A DNA stretch of 64,000 nucleotides, from the NCBI GenBank assembly GCA_037132815.1, contig JBAHZX010000104.1, positions 16,599-80,598 on the forward strand, in the 5' to 3' direction. Of this stretch, positions 53,474-62,627 are shown in pieces (within the stretch, counting starts at the first letter, position 1; the number at the start of each line of letters is the position of its first letter). The translations under genes and the position numbers were made by a program. Below the pieces are notes generated by a model. That model saw nothing but the letters and a program-made list of their open reading frames with translations, searched no databases and was not told the origin of the DNA. Source of the DNA: Shewanella sp. (lineage in GTDB: Bacteria; Pseudomonadota; Gammaproteobacteria; Enterobacterales; Shewanellaceae).

Positions 53474-54874
53474 TTAGATGTTGTTTTTATCGAACGGCTT
53501 GCGGTGCACAAAATGCCCTGCACCAGCTTTCCCCAGAAACTCACCATGACTTGCAACGACTTTCCCACGACTAATTGTCATGATGGGCCATCCAGTAACA
53601 GCATGTGACTCATAAGGGGTGTAGTCAGTATTGTCATGTAATCTGTCATGACTGATATTGACTTGAAGTTCAGGATCGAATAACACAATATCCGCATCCG
53701 AACCTTCCAAAAGGCAGCCTTTTTGCGGATAAAGACCGAACAGTTTAGCGGGGTTAAAACTCGTTAGTTCGACAAATTTTTCAGGAGAAATTCTGCCTTT
53801 AGATACCCCTTCAGAGAAGAGTAACGACATACGGGTCTCAACACCCGGCATACCATTAGGACAAGCAGTAAAATCATCTACTCCCATTTGCTTCTGATCG
53901 TGGTAGGTAAATGAACAGTGATCGGTAGCGACTGTATCTATGCTGCCATCCTCAATCCCCTGCCAAAGCTTTTCAAGTTCGGCTTTAGGCCTAAGGGGTG
54001 GGCTCATCACGTATTTAACGGCATCTTCATTTTCATAAAGGCTATCGTCCAGCAACAAATACTGAGGACAAGTTTCAGCCCACACAGCTTGCTGGTTCTT
54101 TTTGGCTAAACGGATATAATCCAGGCCTAATCCATTAGATAGGTGGACAATATATAGCGGTGCATCATCAGCCAAACTCGCCAGATTAATCATGCGTGAT
54201 ATAGCTTCTGCTTCACACTCCAGCGGACGACTGACAGCATGGTACTTGGGAGCCGTTTTGCCCTCTTTTATCAGCTGATCACGTCTTAAGGTGATAGCCG
54301 CATCATTTTCGGGGTGCACTGTAGTTAATGCTTGCACTTGATGGAGGCGCTTTAACGCAATGAGAGCACAAGTATCATCTAGTTTATACTTGTAGGTCAG
54401 GTATAGCTTAAAGCTTGAGATCCCCTCTTGATGCACCATGGCATGCATCTCATCGAGCACTGTTTCATCAATATGTTGAATCACCCCATGAAAGCTATAA
54501 TCAATAACCGCCTTGCCTTTGGCGTACTCTTTATACACTTTTAGCTGATGAAAAAGATCGCAACCTTTAGGGCCAAAACCCATATGATCTATGATCATAG
54601 TCGTACCGCCACAAGCTGCGGAGCGAGTTCCTGTGTAGAAGTCATCGATGCTGCGGCTGATGCCTACATCGATATTAAAATGCGTATGAACATCGATCCC
54701 ACCTGGCATAACATACAGATCTTGTGCATTGATGATCTTGGTACCCGTTGGGATGTTTATGATCGTCTCATCAACCTTAGCTATCTTGCCATCGATAATT
54801 AGCAATTGTTTTTTAGACTGGCCATGAGCATCGACAAGCATGCCATTGATGATCAGTATCGCTATAGAGGTCAT
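53474..54874 (-). CDS. hyuA: Dihydropyrimidinase / D-hydantoinase (HyuA)
   Basis: PGGIDVHTH, AACGGTT, SFKLY, ETCPQYL, TDHCSF; ATG 54874 after a GGGAG RBS. Confidence 0.93.
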   Translation of the reverse strand: MTSIAILIINGMLVDAHGQSKKQLLIIDGKIAKVDETIINIPTGTKIINAQDLYVMPGGIDVHTHFNIDVGISRSIDDFYTGTRSAACGGTTMIIDHMGFGPKGCDLFHQLKVYKEYAKGKAVIDYSFHGVIQHIDETVLDEMHAMVHQEGISSFKLYLTYKYKLDDTCALIALKRLHQVQALTTVHPENDAAITLRRDQLIKEGKTAPKYHAVSRPLECEAEAISRMINLASLADDAPLYIVHLSNGLGLDYIRLAKKNQQAVWAETCPQYLLLDDSLYENEDAVKYVMSPPLRPKAELEKLWQGIEDGSIDTVATDHCSFTYHDQKQMGVDDFTACPNGMPGVETRMSLLFSEGVSKGRISPEKFVELTSFNPAKLFGLYPQKGCLLEGSDADIVLFDPELQVNISHDRLHDNTDYTPYESHAVTGWPIMTISRGKVVASHGEFLGKAGAGHFVHRKPFDKNNI

Positions 54875-54971
54875 CGAAACTGCTCCCAAGATAAAATGTA
54901 TAGAAAATAAAAAGTCTTGATATTAATGACAGCTTAAGGGCGATGGCATCGTCCTCAAGCTATCGACTTAA

Positions 54972-56183
54972 TTACTTCTCAAGCTTAGATAGATACATCA
55001 TTGGGATCACCGCATACATAGCCGCACACGTCACAAGATGATCTTTCCAGGTTTTCTCGTTTGGTGCATGAGCTTCAGGTTCTTTACCCGGACCGAAACC
55101 AATGACCGGAATACCATGACGGCCCATAATAGAGACACCGTTAGTTGAGAAGGTCCACTTATCAACGACTGGCTTTTTATCAAATAATAACTCGTATGAA
55201 GCTTCTAGTGTCTTAGTTGCAACATGCTCGCTATCGATTTTCCAAGTTGGGAAATAACACTCAGTGGGATATACAAGACCCGTGTATGCAGGACGGTTGT
55301 ACTCGTACATAGAGACAATACCTTTGGCCTTCTTAACTGCAGGTAGTGCACGAATTTCATCTAGTGCGCCTTCCCAAGTCTCGCCCCAAGTTAGCCGACG
55401 GTCGATTGAAACAGCACAGCTATCGGCAACCGCACAACGGCTTGGTGATGTGTAGAAAATTTCTGAAACCGTTAACGTACCTTTGCCTAGGAATTCATCA
55501 TCACCCAGGTTTTGTGCTAAGGTCTCAACTTCACCTAAGATATGACCCATCTTAAAGATAGCGTTGTCGCCACGCTCTGGAGCAGAGCCATGACAGCTAA
55601 TGCCAGGGACATCGATACGGATCTCCATACGACCACGTTGACCACGATAGATCTGACAATCAGTCGGCTCAGTAGAGACCACAAACTCAGGACGGATCTT
55701 GCTCTGTTCAATAATGTACTGCCAGCACAGGCCGTCACAATCTTCTTCTTGCACAGTACCAGTAACAAGTAGCGTGTATTCGCCCTCTAGACCCAGATCT
55801 TTGATGATCTTGCCCGCATACACCATAGAAGCCATGCCGCCTTCTTGATCCGATGCACCACGCCCACCAATAATATCGTCATCTTCCATTCCTGTGTATG
55901 GGTCGAAGTTCCAGTTATCTAAATTACCCACACCCACAGTATCGACATGTGCATCCATGGCAATTAAGTGTGGCCCGTGACCAATCCAACCTAGCAAGTT
56001 ACCCATAGGATCGATTTCAACTTTATCGAAGCCTACTTTTTCCATCTCTTCTTTAATACGAAGAATCACTTTCTCTTCATCACTGCTCTCACTTGGAATT
56101 GCGATCATGTCACGCAGAAACTTAGTCATGTCAGCTTTGTATTCTTGTGCTTTTTCCAGTACAGCATTAAACGGAATTGTCAT
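54972..56183 (-). CDS. ygeY: YgeY M20-family hydrolase
   Basis: [39 protein letters not shown]. Confidence 0.95.
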   Translation of the reverse strand: MTIPFNAVLEKAQEYKADMTKFLRDMIAIPSESSDEEKVILRIKEEMEKVGFDKVEIDPMGNLLGWIGHGPHLIAMDAHVDTVGVGNLDNWNFDPYTGMEDDDIIGGRGASDQEGGMASMVYAGKIIKDLGLEGEYTLLVTGTVQEEDCDGLCWQYIIEQSKIRPEFVVSTEPTDCQIYRGQRGRMEIRIDVPGISCHGSAPERGDNAIFKMGHILGEVETLAQNLGDDEFLGKGTLTVSEIFYTSPSRCAVADSCAVSIDRRLTWGETWEGALDEIRALPAVKKAKGIVSMYEYNRPAYTGLVYPTECYFPTWKIDSEHVATKTLEASYELLFDKKPVVDKWTFSTNGVSIMGRHGIPVIGFGPGKEPEAHAPNEKTWKDHLVTCAAMYAVIPMMYLSKLEK

Positions 56184-56289
56184 AATATTTCTCCAAACTT
56201 AGATGGTGGTCATCACATCCAGCTTCTCTTGATTACTAAAAATACAGCGAAGCACCTGATGACGACACTAGACTGTTTATATTGAAAAA

Positions 56290-57501
56290 TCACGCTATCG
56301 TCTGATATTTCCCACCCCAAACAATGTCACGATAGTTAACGGGATCGGTATCGCCCTCGGTGCTGATAAGTAGAACGACTGAGTCTTTGTTAAGGCCCAT
56401 CTTCTTCATCAAATCTACTTTGTCTTTATGGAAATGAATTGCCGCTAGAAGGCCAAGACCAACTGCACCCGACTCTCCAGACACCACTCGAGGATCGGTG
56501 CCCAGAGGGTTACCAAGCACGCGCATACCAAGCGCCGCTACAGCGTCATCACATGAGACAAATTGTGTCGCACAGTCGCGTAGTACAGGCCAGCCAATGG
56601 GGTTTGGCTCACCACAAGCCAGACCCACCATGATGGTGTCAAGAGAGCCATCAACATTAACCATTTCACCATTAGCACTGATGCCTGAACGATAGATACA
56701 GTCTGCCGTCTGTGGTTCAACGACCACAGAGTGCAATTTATCTGGACCATAAATAGAGGCCAAATAACCTAATACACCGCCGGCTAATGCGCCAACACCC
56801 GCCTGTAGGAACACATGTGTTGGTGCTTTCACGTTTTGCGCCGCCATCTGCTCAACGGCTTCAAGGGCTAGCGAGGTATAACCTTGCATAATCCAAGTTG
56901 GGATCTCTTGGTAACCTGCCCACGCAGTATCCTGAACCACTTTCCAGTTATTCTGTGCTGCAGTCTTGATAGCAAGACGAACAGTATCGTCATAGTTCAT
57001 ATCGGTAACAATACACTCGGCGCCTAAAGACTTGATCTTGTTAATGCGCTCGGAAGCTGCACCTTTTGGCATGTAAACAACGGCGTTCTGACCTAGCTTG
57101 TTAGCAGCCCAAGCCACACCACGACCATGGTTACCGTCGGTAGCTGTCGCAAAGGTCATCTTTTCGGTGATATCATTTTTCAGTTTATCGAAGTCGAACA
57201 CATTAATATCAAGCTTGAATTCATCACATAACAGACGTGCGATGGCATAGGCACCCCCAAGAATTTTAAAGGCGTTAAGATCGAAACGATGCGCCTCGTC
57301 TTTAACTAAAATTTTTCCTAAACCAAACTCTTTGGCTAAGCAGTCCAGAGACCTGAGTGGAGTCGGCTGATAGCCTTCGATACTTCTATGGAAAGCTAAG
57401 GCTTTTTCGGCTTCCTCTGCAGTAAAAAGTGAAGAGAGTTGGCCATTATAATGACGGTTATCAGCTATCTCCATATTGAGTGATAATGTAGACACAGGCA
57501 T
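56290..57501 (-). CDS. dpaL: Diaminopropionate ammonia-lyase (DpaL/YgeX)
   Basis: KDEAHRFDLNAFKILGG PLP lysine, TDGNHGRG, QAGVG, GLACGEP, STEGDTD. Confidence 0.96.
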   Translation of the reverse strand: MPVSTLSLNMEIADNRHYNGQLSSLFTAEEAEKALAFHRSIEGYQPTPLRSLDCLAKEFGLGKILVKDEAHRFDLNAFKILGGAYAIARLLCDEFKLDINVFDFDKLKNDITEKMTFATATDGNHGRGVAWAANKLGQNAVVYMPKGAASERINKIKSLGAECIVTDMNYDDTVRLAIKTAAQNNWKVVQDTAWAGYQEIPTWIMQGYTSLALEAVEQMAAQNVKAPTHVFLQAGVGALAGGVLGYLASIYGPDKLHSVVVEPQTADCIYRSGISANGEMVNVDGSLDTIMVGLACGEPNPIGWPVLRDCATQFVSCDDAVAALGMRVLGNPLGTDPRVVSGESGAVGLGLLAAIHFHKDKVDLMKKMGLNKDSVVLLISTEGDTDPVNYRDIVWGGKYQTIA

Positions 57502-57574
57502 ACCTCATAGGTAAAAATGAACAGAAGGGCTGAGTCCTTCATAAAAAATGTGTATATAAATCAATAAGAATTAA

Positions 57575-58762
57575 CTACTTAACGCGCTTTTTAGCCTCTG
57601 TTAGTAGCCCTTCTAGTACTTTCCCTGGCTGGATAAACTTACGATTGAGGATCATTGAGGCTATGATATACGGCTTCCAGCTTGCTTCTTTGTAAGTTGC
57701 GATACGGTACTTTTCAAATACTGACTCTTCCACTTCACCTTCTTTACAAGAAACGCCGGTAATATCAGCAGGCAAACAATGCATGTAAAGTGCTTCACCC
57801 CCTTTAGTCTTAGCCATCATTTCTTCAGTACAATGCCAGTCTTTATGCTTAGCATTTTGTGCAAGACACGCTTGCTCCAATGTTTTTAAACCCTCTTGGT
57901 CATTGGCACGTAACAGATCGGTACGCTTGCCCATAACCTGATATGGAGCCCAAGATTTAGGATAAACGATATCAGCACCATCGAACGCAGCAGCCATGGT
58001 ATCGACCTGAGTAAAGCTACCACCTGATGCTTTAGCGTTTTTCTTAGCTTGCTCAACGACTTCAGGAATTAAATCGTAACCTTTTGGGTGAGCTAGAGTT
58101 ACGTCCATACCAAAACGAGTCATCAAGCCTATGATGCCCTGTGGTACTGAAAGAGGCTTACCATAGCTTGGAGAGTATGCCCAAGTCATAGCTATCTTCT
58201 TACCTTTGAGCTCTTTAAGATCACCGAAGTGTTCTTCAAGCCATGCAAGATCAGCCATAGACTGTGTTGGGTGATCAATATCACACTGAAGGTTAATCAG
58301 TGCTGGTCGGCTTGGTAAAACGCCTTTTTCTACACCTTCATCCAGTGCTTCACCCACTTCACGCATGTAAGCGTTACCAGCACCTAAATACATATCATCA
58401 CGAATACCGATGGCATCGGCACAAAATGAGATCATGTTGGCTGTCTCACGCACAGTTTCGCCGTGAGCAATTTGAGACTTACCTTCATCAAGGTCCTGTT
58501 GTGCAAGACCTAACATATTGATCGCTGATGCGTAGGAGAAACGAGTACGAGTTGAATTGTCTCTAAACAGTGAAATACCTAGGCCATTGTTAAATACGTT
58601 AGTGGCAATATTTTCATCGCGCATGGCCTTAAGCACTTTCGCAGTCTTGAGTACACGCTCTAGCTCATCAAGAGTTTGCTCCCATGTGAGTAGAAAGTCT
58701 TTTTGATCTAATTGAGATTCAAGTTCATTAATTTCCTTGATAAGTGTGCTGATGTTTTTCAT
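57575..58762 (-). CDS. ygeW: YgeW carbamoyltransferase
   Basis: 395 aa from ATG 58762; FRDNSTRTRFS, DHPTQ, AYSPSYGKPLSVPQ, YMHCLPADI; the ORF-track start at 58885 falls within the sigma54 promoter. Confidence 0.95.
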   Translation of the reverse strand: MKNISTLIKEINELESQLDQKDFLLTWEQTLDELERVLKTAKVLKAMRDENIATNVFNNGLGISLFRDNSTRTRFSYASAINMLGLAQQDLDEGKSQIAHGETVRETANMISFCADAIGIRDDMYLGAGNAYMREVGEALDEGVEKGVLPSRPALINLQCDIDHPTQSMADLAWLEEHFGDLKELKGKKIAMTWAYSPSYGKPLSVPQGIIGLMTRFGMDVTLAHPKGYDLIPEVVEQAKKNAKASGGSFTQVDTMAAAFDGADIVYPKSWAPYQVMGKRTDLLRANDQEGLKTLEQACLAQNAKHKDWHCTEEMMAKTKGGEALYMHCLPADITGVSCKEGEVEESVFEKYRIATYKEASWKPYIIASMILNRKFIQPGKVLEGLLTEAKKRVK

Positions 58763-58868
58763 CTTTATTCCTACTTTTCTTGTGATTTTGTTGATAGCTT
58801 CTTCTAAAAAATAAGAGGCGCTTACTGGAGTTTTTTTGCAGAGGTCACATTGGGTACAGAGACTAAAA

Positions 58869-58884
58869 AGCAAGATCGATGCCA
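58869..58884 (-). promoter_or_regulatory. Sigma54 (-24/-12) promoter of ygeW-dpaL-ygeY-hyuA-arcC-oxidoreductase-nifJ
   Basis: Minus-strand TGGCAT-CGATC-TTGCT. Confidence 0.87.
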
Positions 58885-58969
58885 ATACAATAAATCTGCT
58901 TCAAGTGAATGTTTTTAGGTGATTATTATATTTTAAGACTTTAAAATAGGGAGGGTTGAATCAGAGGCA

Positions 58970-59047
58970 CTATCAATGACCGTGCTAAAGTGATAGCTCT
59001 CACATGAAAATTATCATTCTGATACCCACACTGTGATGTGGGTATCA
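58970..59047. promoter_or_regulatory. Candidate YgeV enhancer region between divergent ygeW and ygeV
   Basis: TTATCA-TTC-TGATAC at 59011-59025; extra half-sites CTATCA (58970), TGATAG (58991), GTATCA (59042); 11-bp inverted repeat TGATACCCACA/TGTGGGTATCA. Confidence 0.6.
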
Positions 59048-59154
59048 TTTCTACACAAGCGTATTACTGACTTAAATAAAGTTATTTCATATCAAAGTAA
59101 AAACGTTCCAGTCACCTAATATAAATTTAAGATCAAAACCATAAGATCACATAA

Positions 59155-60894
59155 TTGAAAACTGCATATACCTCAGAGCTGATGAAGCTTCAGCCAACCA
59201 TATTAGAATTCACCCATAAGTTATCCGCTGTGCTGCAGCTTGATGTGGAAGTGGTTGATGAAAATTTAGTGCGTATCGCAGGCACAGGTCCTTACAACCA
59301 ATTTATCGGCAAAAAGTTAAACACCAGCTCAAGAATTTTTAGATACATCATAGAAACTAAAAACAGCAAGGTTGTCATTAAAACTCGCACCGATCCCATT
59401 TGTAAGGGCTGCACTACTCGAGACAGTTGTGAAGAAACCGCTTTTCTTGGTGTACCAATCATGCTCAATGAATCCTGTATCGGTGTGATAAGTTTGGTGG
59501 CATTTAATCAAAAATCACGCGAAACAATTAAAAGTAACGCTAAAATATTTCTCGATTACATTCAGCATATATCGCAGTTATTTGTTATCAAAGTGTCTGA
59601 ATCTAAAAAGAGTAGTTCTGGGCTAGATGATGTTTTTTCCAGTTTAATAAACAATATGGATCAAGGGGTGCTGGTTCTAGACGACTGTAATCAGGTTTTA
59701 CATGGCAACGCCCCAGCCATAGCAAATCTGAATATAACCCAAGCGGAACTGACAAATATTAAGATCAATATTCGTCCTTTGCTGGTGCATAACAATAAAT
59801 TAAAAGGAGCTGAACAACATATTATTACCTTGGGAAAACGTCAAGAAATCGTAATAGGACAATTTCATATCATTAACAATCAGCAGCTTTTTTTAATGTC
59901 CTTCTATCAGCCCCACAACTCGATTGCCCAAGATGATACTTTTGACAGCCAATTTAACAATATCATCGGTGAATCTCCCCAGATTTTGCAGTTAAAGGCC
60001 TTAGTGTCCCGCGTCGCCAAAAGTCCATCGAGTATCTTGATCTATGGTGAGAGTGGCACAGGTAAAGAAGTTTTTGCCAAGGCTATCCATGCTAATAGTA
60101 ATCGTAGTAGACAGAATTTCATTGCCATTAACTGTGCGGCAATCCCAGAACAACTACTTGAAAGTGAGCTATTTGGATATGTCAAAGGTGCCTTTACCGG
60201 AGCCCTAAACAAAGGTAAAATCGGATTAATTCAAGCAGCAAATAATGGCACTTTGTTTCTCGATGAAATCGGCGATATGTCGATGACACTTCAATCTAAA
60301 CTGCTGCGAGTCTTAGAAGAACGCGAAGTGATGCCTATAGGCTCTAACAGCCCAGTAAAGGTAAATATCCGTATTATTTCCGCGACCAATCGCAACTTCA
60401 CAGAGATGATAGGTCAAAATGACTTCCGTGAAGATCTCTTCTATCGCCTTAACGTGATCCCCATGCACCTGCCAGCATTGAGAGAACGAGAAGGCGATAT
60501 AGAACGCTTAATCTATCACTTCTTAGAGCATCACTCTCACGCAATAGGAGCCTACTACCCAGGAATAACAGATAAGGTACTGAGCAGCCTGAATGCCTAC
60601 CACTGGCCGGGAAATATTCGTGAACTGAGTAATCTTATCGAGTATCTGGTCAATATTGTTCCCATTGGCGATCAGATAGATGTCGATCTGCTCCCCCCCT
60701 ACTTTGATAATCAGGTGATTATCAATGACACCCAAATTGGCGTCAAAGATGACTATTTAAACCTTGAAGAGATAGAAAAAATAAAAATAGAAGAGTGCAT
60801 ATCCAGACTAGGTAATCGCAAACTCGTGGCAAAAGAACTAGGAATAGGTGTAGCCACTCTTTATCGCAAAATTAAGAAGTACCGACTGTCTTAA
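59155..60894 (+). CDS. ygeV: Sigma54-dependent transcriptional activator YgeV
   Basis: N-terminal GAF/PAS-like region, GESGTGKE, ESELFG, GAFTGA, FLDEIGD, WPGNIREL, C-terminal HTH; TTG start. Confidence 0.93.
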   Translation: MKTAYTSELMKLQPTILEFTHKLSAVLQLDVEVVDENLVRIAGTGPYNQFIGKKLNTSSRIFRYIIETKNSKVVIKTRTDPICKGCTTRDSCEETAFLGVPIMLNESCIGVISLVAFNQKSRETIKSNAKIFLDYIQHISQLFVIKVSESKKSSSGLDDVFSSLINNMDQGVLVLDDCNQVLHGNAPAIANLNITQAELTNIKINIRPLLVHNNKLKGAEQHIITLGKRQEIVIGQFHIINNQQLFLMSFYQPHNSIAQDDTFDSQFNNIIGESPQILQLKALVSRVAKSPSSILIYGESGTGKEVFAKAIHANSNRSRQNFIAINCAAIPEQLLESELFGYVKGAFTGALNKGKIGLIQAANNGTLFLDEIGDMSMTLQSKLLRVLEEREVMPIGSNSPVKVNIRIISATNRNFTEMIGQNDFREDLFYRLNVIPMHLPALREREGDIERLIYHFLEHHSHAIGAYYPGITDKVLSSLNAYHWPGNIRELSNLIEYLVNIVPIGDQIDVDLLPPYFDNQVIINDTQIGVKDDYLNLEEIEKIKIEECISRLGNRKLVAKELGIGVATLYRKIKKYRLS

Positions 60895-60984
60895 GCCGCT
60901 TAAAGAGCATCAGTTGAGGGTATTTAGACAATAAACAGACAAAACGCTTAAGTTAACCGCTAATAAATTAACCTGATCAATGCT

Positions 60985-61932
60985 TCACAACCAACCTTTT
61001 CCCTTAAAAAAAGCATATGTACCGCCAGCACTGGCTAACATCATCAAGATAGCCATAGGGTAACCAAACTGCCACTCAAGTTCTGGCATATTAGCAAAGT
61101 TCATACCATAAGCACTGGCGATGACTGTTGGAGGAAGAAAAATAACCGCTGCAACTGAGAATATTTTAATGATCTTATTCTGTTGCAATCCGCTGAAGCC
61201 CATAGCAGCATAGAGTAAAAAGTTTAATTTATCGAAGATAAATTGACTGTGGGGCATCAAGGATTCGATATCTAACAACATCTCGCGTAAATCTTTTAGG
61301 TTATCATCGCTAAATTGACCACGATAATACCTTTGCATGTAACGCAGAGATCTCTGTGTATCCAACAGACTCAATCGGATCTTACCATTTGAGTCTTCTT
61401 GTAAGGTGATAAGCTTAAACACCTCATCTAACTCATTGTTTTCAAAAACCTGCTCACTGACACCATCAACAACCGTATAAATATCTTCAATAAGATCTGA
61501 TAAATAATCAACTTTCAGATTAAACAACTCAAGAAACAGCCCCTGAGGGGTTGTGACTTTGATACGGCCTAATCTCAGGTAATTTCTCAATAAACGAATT
61601 AGACCGACATCATCTTCTCTTATCGTCAGCAGGAAATCTTTACGTAAATTAAATGAAACATTGACACCTTTAACGTCCAAGCCTACTCGTTGAGGAAACA
61701 AGGAATTAATATGTAAGCCATCATTATTTTGATAAAAACGTGCAGAAGCTTCAATTTCATTGATATCTTCTTCCTCAGGAACCTCTTCAACAGAGTATTT
61801 ACTTAGCCATTCACGCTCTTCGTCACTGGGTTTAAAAAGATCGAGCCAAAGAGTATCCGCAGGTACACCATCCTGTATGTTAAGTTCAGTGATCATTAGT
61901 TGACGGTGGTTATAGACATAAGCAGTAATCAT
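60985..61932 (-). CDS. corA: Magnesium/cobalt transporter CorA
   Basis: EIEASARF, QQNKIIKIFS, YGMNF..MPEL signature; ATG 61932 after GGAGG. Confidence 0.96.
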   Translation of the reverse strand: MITAYVYNHRQLMITELNIQDGVPADTLWLDLFKPSDEEREWLSKYSVEEVPEEEDINEIEASARFYQNNDGLHINSLFPQRVGLDVKGVNVSFNLRKDFLLTIREDDVGLIRLLRNYLRLGRIKVTTPQGLFLELFNLKVDYLSDLIEDIYTVVDGVSEQVFENNELDEVFKLITLQEDSNGKIRLSLLDTQRSLRYMQRYYRGQFSDDNLKDLREMLLDIESLMPHSQFIFDKLNFLLYAAMGFSGLQQNKIIKIFSVAAVIFLPPTVIASAYGMNFANMPELEWQFGYPMAILMMLASAGGTYAFFKGKGWL

Positions 61933-62060
61933 GGTACCTCCTGAAAAACACCTTGATAAAAAGAGTAAGAATGTCAAAGCGCAGAGTAAAAACTTTGCTA
62001 TTCTACCTTAAACGCTAATATTGAAAAGCCTTTAAAATAACGTTCTAAACAAAACACTGA

Positions 62061-62420
62061 TTATTTAGCATTAGCAATAATGACACGCTCTTGATTAGAT
62101 AAACGTATGTTAATGCCATCAACAGTTGTGATCTGATTCATAAATATGTCTTTTTTCCTCACCTGATAAACACTGGTACTGTCTATTTTCGGCGATATTA
62201 TGGTCACTATCACCACTTGGTTACCGTCTTGCCAATTCCAATACCAATATCCGATACTTCCCACCATAGAAACGGCTATCGAACCCATAAAAATATAGCG
62301 CAGTATAATACGTTTACCAACATCGACAGTTCTGCTTTGATGCGATAATCGAGCCGGTCTACGCAGGTAGAAAAGTGCGCCAGCTATGACTAAGAGCGTG
62401 ATCAGTATTTTCGTGAACAC
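62061..62420 (-). CDS. Small hypothetical membrane protein (2 predicted TM segments)
   Basis: GTG at 62420 after a GGAG RBS; two hydrophobic segments then a short soluble domain; no recognised motif. Confidence 0.65.
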   Translation of the reverse strand: MFTKILITLLVIAGALFYLRRPARLSHQSRTVDVGKRIILRYIFMGSIAVSMVGSIGYWYWNWQDGNQVVIVTIISPKIDSTSVYQVRKKDIFMNQITTVDGINIRLSNQERVIIANAK

Positions 62421-62573
62421 AGCGAGCTCCAACTGTAATAATAAGCCGTGATTATAACTCAGATCCCAATGATAACCGACACTCAAACAAAGACACTAGA
62501 TTGGAGTATGTTGTAAACTTCACTTTTTAGCAAAAAAGTGACAATAGAGTACTCCGTAGCAATACATTAAAAC

Positions 62574-62604
62574 AAAAAAACCTCCGACTGGCGGAGGTTT
62601 TTTT
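62574..62604 (-). terminator. Intrinsic terminator after the TonB-dependent receptor
   Basis: A7-CCTCCG-actgg-CGGAGG-T7. Confidence 0.85.
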
Positions 62605-62627
62605 AATCGTCAACCTAAATTAATAGA

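Larger units (their letters stand above)
24120..60894. other. Accessory anaerobic purine/urate degradation locus (yge/yqe/ygf-type) with pyrBI, PFOR and a second Mo hydroxylase
   Basis: Contiguous run of purine transport, Mo/Se-cofactor, amidohydrolase, carbamoyltransferase and sigma54-activator genes between housekeeping pheS and corA. Confidence 0.9.

Noticed and set aside
29518-58762. Selenocysteine recoding in the Se-associated genes
   Set aside because: All ORFs are full length without an internal TGA; yqeB/yqeC point to a labile Se cofactor instead
58763-58885. ORF-track N-terminal extensions of ygeW (and similarly ygfK, xdhD, pyrB, the small subunit, corA)
   Set aside because: They overlap promoters or upstream genes; downstream ATGs have RBSs or translational coupling and give family-typical lengths
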